A stretch of 64,000 nt of DNA from Phyllosticta citribraziliensis (Eukaryota). The stretch covers positions 496,001-560,000 of the forward strand of contig NW_027117342.1 in the NCBI RefSeq assembly GCF_038025025.1, read 5' to 3'. Position numbers and translations under genes: made by a program. The notes under the pieces were generated by a model. It was not told the DNA's origin and made no database searches. It saw nothing but the letters and a program-made list of their open reading frames with translations. Positions 25,255 to 37,519 of the stretch are shown piece by piece (the stretch's first letter is position 1; each line of letters starts with the position of its first letter).

Positions 25255-27389
25255 ATGGCAATTGGTGAGCTGGGAATCTAGATGGCACATCGCATGAGCT
25301 GACTTGCGCAAAGGTTACGATCAACAACCTCCCAAAGGAGACTTGGCCCAGTTGATGACACAACACTCCTTACCTGGAATTTCTGATGACATTGATCTGA
25401 GGTCCTTGACTGGCGAAGAACCTACGAGACAAGCGAACGCTGTGCTAGCGAAATTCGACAATGCGTTACGCAGTGGCGATCTCGAGGAGCTCCAGAGCTG
25501 CTTTTACCAAAAAGCGCTTTTCAAAGACGAGCTGGCGCTGACCTGGCACATGCGCACCTTTTCGTCTCCTTCGGTGATTGCAGCAGCTTTTTTGGAGCTT
25601 GAAAAATTGAGGGACGTCAAAAACCTGTCGCTCGTCGATAAAGCCGTGTTCAACGACCTCCCTGGCTTTGTAAGAATGCTCGAATTCGGTGGTAGATTTG
25701 GAGACAAAGCTGACAATTGGCGACAGAAGTACATTGATGCCTGTTTCGAATTCAGCACTGAGAGACCAAACGCCGAATGTCGCGGAAGACTCTGGCTTTT
25801 ACCTGTCAAGACCGACGGAGGACATGTCGAGTGGCAAATTTACATTCTCAGTACCTTTCTCACAGGCTTCAATGGGCACTGCGAGGATCAATCTCTGCTT
25901 TCGCGTCCCAAGCGAACGCTGGAAGACGACTTTGAGACTGACGTATTCATCATTGGAGGCGGAAATGCGTAAGTCTTTGAAGCTTGACAGCCTTGGAAAC
26001 GTTTGAGTCTTGGAAGCATTCGATAGTTTGAGCTGACTTCGACAGTGCGGCCTCCCTGGCTGCGCGCCTGAAGGCCAACGGGATAGACAGCGTCATGGCG
26101 GAGCGCAATGCAGAGGTAGGAGATAATTGGGCTCGTCGATACCAGTTTATGAAATTCCACGTGCCGGCGCGCTTCTGTGACATGCCGTACAGGCGTAAGT
26201 CTCCTTTGAGCAAGCGAGAGTGCTGATTCTGAGGGTTTCAGCATACCCGGACCCAAAACGGATACTCACAAGGGATGACTTGGCTAGTCATCTGAAAAAG
26301 TACGTCCAAGACTTCCAACTGAACGTCATTACGTCGGTGAAAATTGAGTCGACGCACTATCACCAGGAGAAGAAGAAATGGGTCGTCAAGTTCAAAATCG
26401 GCAACAATCCGGCCGTGCGAACAGCGGTGTCGAAGCATCTTGTCCAAGCCACTGGTTTTGGATCGCAGAAGCCCTATCAACCCACACTTGCCAATGTGGA
26501 ATCCTACCAAGGCGTCAATATTCACTCACATCATTACAAGGATCCGGCGTGGTTGAAGCATCATGGGGATGCCGATTTCAAGTCTGTCCTCATCATCGGC
26601 TCGGCGAATACAGCGTTCGACGTGCTCGAGGACCTTCATCGCGCAGGCTTAGAAGCGACAATGGTGGTCCGTTCCGACACCTACGTTGTCCCAGTGGAAG
26701 ACGTCTGTCATCCCCTTTGCCTAGGAGTTTATTCAAACGAAGGATTGAGCGTCGAGACTTGCGACAGGAGCTTTTTGAGCCTGCCAAACTGTGTGAGCGG
26801 ACAGCTGGTCAAGCTGGGTCTCACGAAACTGGCACTGGACAATCCGGACAGGTACACAGCGCTCAGAGAGGCCGGATTTCCGGTCTTCGACAGCTCCGCC
26901 AAAGAGGCGTCGCTGATGTATAATCTGCTCGAAAGGGGTGGCGGTCACTACGTAGACATCGGAGGCACCGAAATCCTAGCAAAGAAGGAAGCACGTGTGA
27001 AGAACTCTGAACCGGTAGCGTACACGGAGAAGGGACTCAGGTTTTCCGACGGCAGCGAGGAAGAGGCGGATGCTATTGTTTGGTGCACAGGATATGCCGA
27101 CAAGGATGCGAGAGAGACGGTAGCCGATATTCTGGGAGGCCGAGACGTTACAGAGGAAGACCACACGATAGGACCGGGCCAGATCGCAGACCGCGTTGAC
27201 CCGTCATGGGGTGTCAACGTTGAAGGAGAGGTCCAGGGCATGTGGAGGCGGCAGTCGAAGCTCGACAACTTTTGGGCCATGGGCGGCTTCACGCAACAGC
27301 ATCGGTGGTACTCCAGAACGCTGGCGTTCCAAATCCAAGCAGAGTTGGAGGGTAAACTGCCGCCGGCTTATCTGTCGACTCCGTGTTGA
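25255..27389 (+). CDS. Flavin-containing monooxygenase (FAD/NADPH-dependent) with N-terminal extension
   Basis: Micro-exon ATGGCAATTG plus intron 25265-25313. Motifs: FAD-binding VFIIGGGNA, GDNWARRY, QATG, IHSHHYK (FMO fingerprint variant), NADPH-binding IIGSANTAFD, and DAIVWCTGY. Confidence 0.9.
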
Positions 27390-27992
27390 ATCGACAGACG
27401 ATAAGTATGAGGGACGGAGGTTAGGCAACGAATCTGGAGATGCGCGTCAGCGGCGAGTAGCGCACGAAGTCGGTCGGTCGGTTTGTCAGGTGAGGATTCA
27501 CGTAGGTTTCGCCCCGGAGGTCCAGAGGCACAGAAAACAGCACGAGAGAGCCTCTGAACATCCTTGAAAATACTGAGAGGTGTGAAACGGCGCTCGCGAG
27601 ACGAGAGAGCGCGAAGAGCAGTCAGAGAAGGTTCGGAGGGCAGAGCGATAACGCTGCAGCGGAAGGCGTCAGTAGGAAACTTTGGCGCGTCGTATGAAAT
27701 GCATACCTCTTGTCCTGATGAAAGAAGACGGCGAATGGTGCGGAGATAGATGGTTCGCGTCTCTCAATGTCTTGTGGTCAAGTTTGGTGTTGCTGTCTTC
27801 GTGACGAGCGGGCGGGCGGGAAGCAGCAAGGGCCTGCCTGCACCGCCACTTCTTCGCGCCACCTGTGCCACCTCCACCATACGCCACGCCTCCACACCAA
27901 CAAACAACGTCCGTCGCCAATTCATTGTCCATGAACATCGCCCGTGGGAGCTCCTCGAAATCCAACAGTTGAGTGCTTTCAACCATGATCTT

Positions 27993-28400
27993 TCAGCGGC
28001 CCGTACATTCCTCCGACTTCTCAAGGCTTCTGATCAAGTCCCGTTGCGTCTCGATCAGGTCATCCTGCAGCTTGATAGTATCGTCCTTTTCCTTGACCAG
28101 GTTCATCGCAGCCTGAAAGCGCTGAAGGAGCTTGTTGATGACTTCTGTCTTCTTCTGGGCCCGCTCCTCGTATCTTGCCATCGTTGCCTCGGTCTTCTTG
28201 TCGGACGCATGCAGTTGCTTCTGGGAAATCTTGAGCAGGTGCATTTCCCTGTCCCTCTCGTCGCCAAGACGCGCATTCTCCTTCGACAGCTGCGCCATGC
28301 GCTCTGCAAGCTTCATGTTTTGCTCTGAGAGGGTCTCGCCCTTGTCTGAGAGTGTTGGCAATGCGTTAAGTCTAGAGCGTTTGGTACTTACCACAGACAT
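27993..28400 (-). CDS. Small coiled-coil hypothetical protein (~135 aa); 5' structure uncertain
   Basis: Heptad-rich open frame LSEQNMKLAERMAQLSKENARL...LLQRFQAAMNLVKEKDDTIKLQDDLIETQRDLIRSLE. Confidence 0.55.
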   Translation of the reverse strand: MSVVSTKRSRLNALPTLSDKGETLSEQNMKLAERMAQLSKENARLGDERDREMHLLKISQKQLHASDKKTEATMARYEERAQKKTEVINKLLQRFQAAMNLVKEKDDTIKLQDDLIETQRDLIRSLEKSEECTGR

Positions 28401-28823
28401 TGTTCGGCCGGTGCGGCGACATGACAGGAGGGCGGAATCGAGGCTCTGCTGTCCATTTAGTGAGATTTTTGTCTGTCTGAAAACGCGTTCTCGCTTACCC
28501 CGCGAGCGGCTTGGGAGATGCCTGAGCCGCAATTTCGTGCGGTGAGATGTTGCAGTGCTGACGCAGCTGTGTAGTTGTGTAGGGGTGTCGAGAGTAAGCC
28601 TGTGGCCAGGAATACCCGAATGGCCACTGCACAAGCCGTTGACTCACAGCAGCATCGTACTTCACACCGGCAATAGAACCAGTCCAGGCTCTTGGATCCT
28701 GACATCATCACGTCTTTCAATGTAGGCTCAAAGCAGCAATTTTCGTTCCAATTTTGTATCTGCTCAAAGCCCTCCCCAACCTAATGAGCTGCGACCCCGG
28801 CCCACTTCTTCCCATAACTCGAC

Positions 28824-30121
28824 CTAGAAACGCCTGAAGAGTGCCTGAAAATTCGACCGATGTTCGACCAGTTGGGCCAATTCCTCCCTGGAGAATCTCA
28901 ACGGCCATTGGGTATTCCAGTCACCAGTAACGCTCATGCCGAGAGTCGTACTTCCATCCCCCCAGTCAAAGATGACGCGCGTCCCAAGTTTAGTACGGTA
29001 TACTCCACCGACCCATCGAACGCGAAAGAAGACTCCAGATCCATCTGGGCATCTCATGGGCACCGAGAAGCCTCCGTCTGGGAACGCGTACAAATCGGTA
29101 CCTCTCTTGACATTGATTGTCAGGTAGGTCGGAGTGGTGTTGTCAGCGACGCACGTCTGGATTGATTGCGCGTTGACATTGGAGCCTAAACCAAACGTTG
29201 GAATATTCACCGGACCGAAGCTCTGATCGAAAAACTTTTGCCACGTTGGGGCATTCTATTCCACATTGGCCCACCAGTGATCGGTATGGAAGTATGGCTG
29301 TAAGACGCAAAACACATCAAGGCGATTGGTCAGCGTGCCGTAAGTGCCCCGAAATCGACCGTTCTGCGTTAGGGGAATCCACCGGTGCCTGGCTTTCAGT
29401 TGGCTCCTTTTGCCGCGGAAATAATCATCGCAGAGTATGACAGCGGGGTGAGTCGGACTGAGATCCCAGGCTGGGCCTCTCTGATTCGCAAGCGCCAGTA
29501 GGTCGTCCGGACTGGCGATGAATAAAAGCTGCAGCATAGCTGCCAGCAATATGTCCTTGTGGTCAGAGAGAGATATGGGCGGGACTGTTTCTTGTTAGAG
29601 TCTGCTGTTCTTCTCGTGAGGCCACGTACATGTCTCGCTTGAAAACCCTGCTCTTGCGCGACGTTCGGCCCAAAGAGACTTCATCTGAGGATCGAGCGGG
29701 AACAGTTGTGGATTCTTCAGAGTGTATCCCTCATCATGGACCAAAGCTTCAAAAATGTCTGAATCACAATCGTCCCAGAACTTCCGAATCCAAGCCTCCC
29801 AATTGGCTCTATCCACACGCTTGTGCTCCACAGGCGCGCCTATGCAGCCGCCCTTGCCATAATCGGGAAGGAAATTCTCATCAAAAGGAATGACTGCTCT
29901 GAAGTCCTTGGCACCGTTGGCGATGAACCGGCGCCTCTCATGGTCCTTAGAGACCTCCCCGACCTGATTGTGAGGCGATTTCTCTTCAGTGGACTCCAGT
30001 TCCTGGAGAAGCCTCTGGTTCTCTTCGCGCAGAGTTACGCACTCGTCTAGAAGTGTCAGGAAGACGTGCAGACGAGAGGGAGGCGCTACTTACTGCAGGC
30101 GTTTTCTTGAGTGGACGACAT
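28824..30121 (-). pseudogene. Cluster family copy A: coiled-coil N-terminus plus USP-like domain; one in-frame TAG
   Basis: Exons 30121-30094, 30046-29630 and 29584-28824 join in phase: MSSTQENACNECVTLREENQRLL...LWAERRARAGF..F|PPI..MLQLLFIASP..WQKFFDQSFGP..TPTYLTI..VRWVGGVY..IFDWGD..LFRRF. Premature TAG at 29258-29256. Confidence 0.8.
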
Positions 30122-30479
30122 GGCGGAAAATGTGGAAAGTAAAGAGACTGAATGAATGGTAGAGATGCGTGCTGCTGAATACGTTGCGCGAAGGCGTGTG
30201 TTGATGTTGTTGTGATGGTGGCGGTGGTGGTGTTAAAAGGTACATGTAGGCGGGCGCGAGGGCGCAGGTCAGAATGGCCAACGGGAAGGCGCTGGTCCGC
30301 CATCGACAACACCGGAGCCGACCGCAAAACCAAAAATACCGACAAGGGCAGCAAATTTCTGAGCGGGACAAGGATTTCTCTCCCCTCTGCCACATCCGCT
30401 CTCTACAAATCTTGTCGAGGTCAGCCTCTTTGATCAGCACTCCGTGTCAACCACGATACGCATCCCAGCGACGTGTTCT

Positions 30480-31753
30480 CAGCAGTTGAGCTCCGACAGC
30501 TCTTTCGGTCGGCTTGGGAGAAGAGAAGCCTTGAGGCCAAGGTGGAGCTCCTTGAGGCCGAAGTGGAATCGCTAGATGTTGAGCTGCAGGAGGCAAAGAA
30601 CGTGTAAGTGAGTGCGCTTTTTACAGGGACTTGAGATGATTTCACCGATATAGACTGATGTAATCCAAGCGAAGCCAGCTAGTACAGATGACAGGCCAAT
30701 TGGAAAGCCTTTGAACCTCGACTATGTCTTCTTAAGAGCCTGGATGAAAAGGGTCACGGGGACTGCTCATCGCAAGCACCCGCCCCCGGATGTCTTCGAT
30801 CGAGATTCACTTGTGGCGGGTCTCTGGAATGCCCGTCGTAGTCGAGGAGGATTTTCGTGGGATTTGCATAAGCAGTGTAAGTGCCTCTCGCGAAAGAAAG
30901 TCATGTTCTGATCTGACGAGTGAAAGTTCCCCCTATCCAAAACTCTGGCTGTAGCCGCCGAATTATTGTCGGCCTTTTGCTCCAACTGCTCTTCATTGCC
31001 AGTCCGACCGATCTTCTGAGACACGAAAGTCTGGTCGAACCAGCCTCGGAGCCCGGTCCCGAACACCCTGCCGCAAAGCTCTATGTAGCCTGCGATGTTA
31101 CTCGTGATATGGACTCCGGCCATCCTTTGTTTGTGGTATGGAAGAACATCGCACAAAGTCAGTTGTTCCAAGGAGTTTTTGGAACCCTGCAAAACCGCGA
31201 AGGTGGCTTCGAATTGGTTTCTTCAGAAACGGTCGAGATCTGGAGGGCAGATATCTGCTTGAGCGCGTATTTAGACACTACAGACTTTGTTGATTTGGAC
31301 TCTTCTATCCGCTGTCAGCAGTTTCAGACCTGAAAAGATTTCTTTGTATGGAGCTTTGGCCCTCAAGATATACAGCTGTCATGCAGAAGTTCAGTTTTGT
31401 CTCAGCAAATGTTCGTGTATGGACGAATGCTGCCGATGTACCTCACGGTTCTGGGCTGGGCAGGGTCCCAGATGTTCGACCACGAGCTGCATAAGTTTCC
31501 GCAAGACGAAACTATGGTGACACTTCGGTGTCAGGATGGCTCTATCGCGTCTGTTTGCGTCCGCTGGGTCGCCGGAGTCTACAAAATTTGACAAGGACGC
31601 CGCGTCGTCTTCGATTGGGCCGACGGTAGTGACGCCGTGGGGATGAGCATAAGTGGTGACTGGGACAAGGATCCGCCAATCAGGCATTCGAGGGAGGAGT
31701 TGGAAAAAGACACAACATTGGAGGGCATTCTCATGCTTTTCAGGCGCATCTGA
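30480..31753 (+). pseudogene. Cluster family copy B; two in-frame TGA stops, start uncertain
   Basis: A coiled-coil exon (~30480-30604) precedes LWNARRSRGGF. After intron 30877-30926 the frame reads F|PPIQN..LLQLLFIASP..T*KDFFVWSFGP (TGA at the conserved Trp, 31331-33)..LPMYLTV..VRWVAGVYKI*QG (31589-91)..VFDWAD..LMLFRRI*. Confidence 0.8.
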
Positions 31754-32534
31754 ACCGACCCGCTAGGGAAATGGACTCGCAATGGGCCTTCGAATTCGAC
31801 CTTCCCCCCTTCTGAGCATTCACCTCCGGATATACTCTTCTGGGAGATGACTACGCCTCAAGCAAAAGAAACCCGCCACCTCTCGAACAATCGAACCACC
31901 CGCAACGAACGCTACCGGAACAGGCCGTCTCCATGCGGATAGACCCAAAGTCTTTAACTCCGTCTTACTCGCGCTTTTCAAGGTTGTCGGCAACACCTTC
32001 CAACCGACGGTAGCCATTCCTCGAACGACCCCAACAAAAGCCTTTGAACGCAAGTCTTAGCCGCCCTCAGAGGTCACGTAAGGGAAGAATGTGAGGGGAA
32101 TTATCTTTTGGTAGGAACTGAGCTGTAAAACATTAAAGAACACTGAAAAATCGATAAGATAACGCGCTTGCACACTTGGAGCATCACACAATCCTAGAAT
32201 ACAGTATGTGAAGTAGTGTACCGTGGAATTGCAGATTTCCAAACAGATTCTTGCTCGTCAATTGATGCGATGTTTTCTTGCCGAGAGACAGCACCAGCGC
32301 CGCTGCGCCGAGCCACAAGACTGAAATCACCCCACCACCTTTCATTCAAATCTCCAATTTATTTTCTTCCCAGACACACGCAGACAGCTTCGCACCTAAT
32401 CGGCCCGGATAGCCGACAACTACGAAAGCACTCCCATTGCAGCCATGTCTCACTCACCTTTCCATCCTCATCGATTCTCTGCACGTACGCCTAGAGCTAC
32501 GGCACCCTCAGGACCAGAAAACACTTCCCAAAAC

Positions 32535-32928
32535 ATGGCGCCGCCGTTCCCAAAGACCTCAGGTAAGTAAACTGGAATGTTCTCGTGACTTGAGCTTCCC
32601 GCAACCTGCCTGTCTACCATAAACTGCCGACAGGAGGCTGACCTTTTCAGTAAACTACAAGGCATACATGGAAGAGTTCTCCAGGCTGTGCAACGAGAAC
32701 ACCAGGCTTTTGGAGGCCGTCGACCAGTACAAGAACGCGATGGCGGACCGCATCCAGAAGGGCAAAGCGGCGCAGAGCAGCTTGACGTTGTCGCCAATGG
32801 AGCGCGAGGAGCTCATGGCAAAGGGCAAGGCCGCGGAGGAGGAGTACAACAAGGCGGTCAAGGACCGTGAGGGACTTCTGAAGTCCAGGGCAGAGCTGGA
32901 GGCCCTCATCGCCGAGCACTCGAAGTAG
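32535..32928 (+). CDS. Small coiled-coil protein (101 aa), 2 exons
   Basis: Exon 32535-32562, intron 32563-32650 (GTAAGT..GCTGA..CAG, phase 1), exon 32651-32928: VNYKAYMEEFSRLCNENTRLLEAVDQYK...RAELEALIAEHSK*. Confidence 0.72.
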
Positions 32929-33626
32929 TGTGCGTCACTTGAACGCTCCTTGCGAGCAGGACTAGAGAATCGTCCAGACATTTGGATTGGGTAGAAATCA
33001 ATGGGGACAATATCAGTCAAAGCTGTTCAATTGCTGCCATGAAGAAGCCTTATCAACCGAGCACAAATGCCTAATCATCTCATCTGTGCATGCATCTTCC
33101 CACACGTGAACCCCCAAGCTCAAGCCTCTCCCATGTCGTTATCTTCTTGGCCGCCTCCCATGTTCAGTGTCTGGCCTGCACGTGGGGGCACTTGTACCAA
33201 ATTGCGGCATGTATTCCTCAAGCTGATGGAGAGGTTGTGGAGGGGTGAATAGGTCAGCACCTGCTTGTCAAAAACGGATTCAGCTTCGGTCGATGGCGGA
33301 GGTTGGTGGAAAGTCATGTCGAGTGGTCTGCGCCGTGGAATAAAACAGGCGCCTCGGCGAAAAACCCACCTCCGGCATGCCACCACGCGGACCAACTTCT
33401 GTTGACGCTGATCTTGCAAAAGGACACCGACTGTCCTGCGCACCGCTGCAGCCCGGCTCCTACACAACACAATCAAAACTCACCCGCAAAATCCGCAACG
33501 CCAGTCCCACGCTCTCTACTGGCCCAGCCTGGCCCTCCCAAAGCATCACTGCACTCATCTCATACCAAACTCGAATACCTCTCACCTCCGACTTGCCATC
33601 CACTCAAAGCCCACTACGACAAAGCC

Positions 33627-34858
33627 ATGTCGCCAACCATCGACATGAATCCCGAGTACAATGGACTCTTCCTTGCTCCCCTCGCTCAAGGTCCCTCGGT
33701 TCCAGACCTCCACCATGTCTCATAGGCATCGCTTCCTCAAGCTGCCGTTGATGCTCAAGACGAGACGGCCGAGCCGCACATTTCGCTCTTTCACACCGGA
33801 TACAAATACTTGCTAGAGAGCCTGTATCCTCCAGTAGGCGGCGCGAAATACATGTTCATGCGAGAAGGCCGAAACATTCTGGCGGGCATGGGCGAGGAAA
33901 TGGTCTTCAGCATCATGGATGGTACACTCCCGCGAGTGCGCTTCATCGACAGCAAGCCTCAAGCTAAGCGCTTCATTGAGAAAGCGGAAGAGTAATGGAA
34001 GCAGGAGAGCTTAGAACATTCCTACCAGCCTGTTCTTTACGGACAGTACCTTGTGGACTGCCAAGGACGGCCACCCACGGAATCTGAGCTATCCAAGATT
34101 GCTGCGCGTGTGGAGGTTTACATCTCTTTCGATCCAGAAGACATCACGTTCGCAAAGAAGATTGACACCGCTGTGGCTCCACTGGAGGAAGAGGTAAACT
34201 GGAAACGTGGCCATCGCCGATACGTGGAAACAATGGAAGACAAGACAACGATTATCCGATTCATTCGCGCTGTACGCGAAAGTCTGCCCAGCGTGCTCAG
34301 TAACTCTGAGCGCCCACGCAGTCTCGCACAATTTGCCGCTACCAATAATGCGCACCTGTGCTTCAACAACCACCAGCAGCACAAGGGCGGTAGCAAGCTG
34401 ATGTATCTTGTTGAGGCAATCTGCAAGGTCCATTATCCGACATACAAAATCGAGCGGTTCGTCGTGTTCCGGATCTGGGACCAGCAGCAAGTCTGGGTGG
34501 GCGACATCCTGCTCAACAAGATTGGATGGGGCTATGCGTCTTATGGTTTCGGCTTCGATGTTCGTTCGAGGTTTCCTTGTGCCGCAGATACAATCGGAGA
34601 CTTGTCACTTCGGCACTACTGGTGCTGGGAGAAGCAGCCAATCAAGTTCACTCCGCTCTACGGTACGACCAAGAAAAACTCCCCGGCATGAAGCAAACTG
34701 ACTTTTGGATAGCAAACTACGAAAAACAGATTCAGCTGCTGGCTGAATACGTCCGTATAGCCGAAGGTGACTTGACTGTCTTGGAGCCATACTTGAAGGA
34801 GACTTGGGCGTTGCAGGAAGCGAGGGCGGCCAGGGAAGCGACGGAATCTCTGCCATAA
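33627..34858 (+). pseudogene. Disrupted gene of an uncharacterised fungal protein
   Basis: ORFs ending at 33725, 33995 and 34691 are all in one frame, separated only by TAG (33723-25) and TAA (33993-95). The sequence is globular and protein-like (QPVLYGQYLVDCQGRPPT; HRRY; HQQHKGGSKLMYLVEAIC; FVVFRIW; GYASYGFGF). A probable frameshift leads into the frame ending at 34858. Confidence 0.65.
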
Positions 34859-35191
34859 GTACAGTCACTGTACAGTCACTGTAGGTACGGCAGCTTGGTG
34901 GAACAGAGGAGCCACAAGATGAAAAAGTCGAACGTCGATGCGAATGCTGGGCAACACCTTGCGCGAGCGTCGAAGCAGATCAATCACCAAACACGGTATT
35001 AGCGAACGGGAGAAATTTCAAGGGCAGGCCAGAAGAACCCAAAAGCCCACAATGATTTGATTGACCGAGCCGTAGTCCTCCTTCCAGCAGGCCCCTTCCC
35101 CACCCAGAAATGCCAGCCCCAGATGCCGAAATTCATTCAAGCGCCTGTGTCCGCGAATGCGTGAAAAGCAGATGGCTCCATGCGTACCCGT

Positions 35192-36182
35192 CTAGACGCG
35201 CCTGAAAATCATGAAAAACTCCGTCATCGGCCCGCTCATCTCCTGCTCCACCTCTTCCCTTGAACGTCTCGTTGGCGGGTCTGTGGACCAGTTTCCTGAG
35301 TTGCTGCAACCAAGTGAACCTTCCTGATCGCCCCAATCGAACACCAGCCTCGAATCGACCGACGGAGTTGAGTAAATGCCTCCAACCCATCGCACTCGCG
35401 TACTGGCCAAAAGGTCGTCTTCTCGGCGAAATGTCAGGAGGAAGTCGTTCTGTGGAAATTTGTCCAAGTTCTGGTCTGATTCGACATGACAAGAGACGGT
35501 CAGATACGGCGGTAGGTTTCCATGTTCGAAAAAGGGCTGAATCGACTGCATTGATTCGATCCACGGCAGTTTGAGGTCGTATGGGCCCAAGCAACCGTCG
35601 AAAACATCCTGCCAGCAGTCGTCGAAGGAATCTCTCGAGTGGATATCGCACAAGTTGAGTTGGGAATCATCAGGGAGTTTCCTTGGCTTGACATCGAAGT
35701 CCTCGTTGTGGATCAACAAGCCATTCCTGCCACGGAAAAGTCTTCCTTTCGCGACTGCGGGCCAGCACATGTGGAGTGAAACGAATGCCGTGTATTCACA
35801 GCGTTCTTCGTAAAAGAAATCCGGAAGCTCGAGTGTGTGATGTTTCTCGTCGAAAGTCCAGGTTCCTTCCTTGAAAGGGCCGGCTAATTCGTACAAAGCC
35901 TCTGGCGATGCAACGAACAACGATTGAAGCGCGTAAGCAAAGCCTTTGTCCATTTTGTCGACATCGATTGGTGGGACTGTTGACGGTTAGCTTATTCTAC
36001 AATTCACGGTGAAGACACGTACAAGGCTCATCAAATCCTCCACTAGTGACTCTTGCAGCCCACTGGCTCTCCGTGTGCTCGTCTGGTGAGATCAGAGGTG
36101 GATGATCACGCTCGTTCTCCAGGCGGTTCTCTGAGACACGTCTACGCCATTCAGTCGCATATTTGGCCAATATTTCCTCCAT
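35192..36182 (-). CDS. Cluster family copy C (open from 36182; may have further upstream exons)
   Basis: Exon 36182-36023 (..SQWAARVTSGGFDEP), phase-1 intron 36022-35977, then F|PPIDVD..ALQSLFVASP..WQDVFDGCLGP..LPPYLTV..VRWVGGIY..VFDWGD..MIFRRV*. Confidence 0.82.
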
Positions 36183-37440
36183 TTTAAGACGAAGTTAGAG
36201 ATTTTAGAGGGCCTACACTGCTTGCGGATCAAAGCCGAGGGACGATGCTGGATTTAAGTAGGAAGCAGTGGTTTGCGCTCACCAACGTCTGCTCGCAGCA
36301 CAAGCAACTCCATCAAGCACTACAAAGCAAACATTCAACCTTGTAAAGCCGGGAAACTCTGAACTTGAAAAGCAAAAGACTGAAATCGGATCACTACGAG
36401 CCCATACCGTAGTCAAGTTTGTGGTAGATCGGCCTCAGACTGTGGTGTAGCTAGCGGAAGAGTTTGCCAGAAATTGCTGCATAGAAATCCCTCGCAGCCG
36501 ACAAACATTGAGCCTGGCAGTAGTTGCCCGGATTGTCTCCCTGTTTCGCCGCCCCCGGCGGGAAGATTCTGAGATGCTTCCTTCATGGCTGCACCTAGAA
36601 CCTTCGCAGCTTATGTATTGCTCAGCTTGACCTTCCCATTACGCAGCTCGGATAAATGTACAGACTGCAATACGAGAGGTGCGCTATCTTCAGGAAGGGT
36701 GGATGCAACATGAACATTGCCTTCCGTTTGTGAGAGCCGCGCTCTTCGCTCGCTTAGCTCCATCCCGCCCATCCTGCCGGCAGCTCTCTCCTCACGGAAC
36801 AGCACCCATATCCCAATGATTGCATCCATTACAGCCTCAACCTGAAATAAAATGTCAAAACGGTGTATCGAAAGCTCTCTAACTCTTGGCCATCAACGCA
36901 AGGAACGAAAGACGCGCCTCCTTGGCCGCCCGAGAGCAACGCCGCGCTCGACCCGCGAAGAGACTCTCAGGCTTCAGTAGCTGTCAACACACCTGTCAAA
37001 TTTTCGACCGACCTTCTTGCGACTGCAGTAGCATGTCCACAGCAAATACTAAGATAGCTGGCAAAATCCACGCATCCGAGGGCTGCAGTCTCCTGCGCAA
37101 GGGCCGTCGCATCCGCGTCTCCACCGCTGATCCCTGCAAACTGCCTTTTGGCGTTAGATTCCCCCGTCGCTTAGCCCAAGCCAGCAGTTCCAAGCCCCTT
37201 GCTTCCGAACCCAAAGTTGACTGCCATCGTGACAACCGGTCGTGGATAAGAAGATGCGCGGTCTTCAAACGTAGAATTTTTGGAGACTGATGCATCGTCG
37301 CTCTCCAGGCGCGTGCAGGTTGTTTACTGCCTTTGTGGCGACGGATTTGGCCGAGAGTGTCGGTGGTATGGACAAAGACCTGCAGGCCGGCAATTTTGCG
37401 GACGGTGCGAAGTGCTGTGGGCTTTTAGACTGGGGTTTGA

Positions 37441-37510
37441 GCGGCTTTGAACTTTTGCGGCTTTAAACTTTTGCGGCTTTAAACTTTTGCGGCTTTAAAC
37501 TTTTGCGGCT
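37441..37510. repeat. 16-bp tandem repeat (GCGGCTTTAAACTTTT) x ~4.4
   Basis: Read directly; the first unit has one substitution. Confidence 0.92.
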
Positions 37511-37519
37511 CTGGTATAC

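Noticed and set aside
31331..31591. TGA recoding (Trp or selenocysteine) in copy B
   Set aside because: TGA terminates intact genes in this window, and neighbouring disruptions are TAG/TAA, so ordinary nonsense mutation is simpler.
34859..34883. 11-bp duplication GTACAGTCACT as a transposon footprint
   Set aside because: It is too short and has no associated element; replication slippage is sufficient.
37441..37510. CRISPR-like array (also considered for 10321-10364)
   Set aside because: The units are contiguous with no unique spacers, there are no cas genes and the context is eukaryotic; these are simple tandem repeats.
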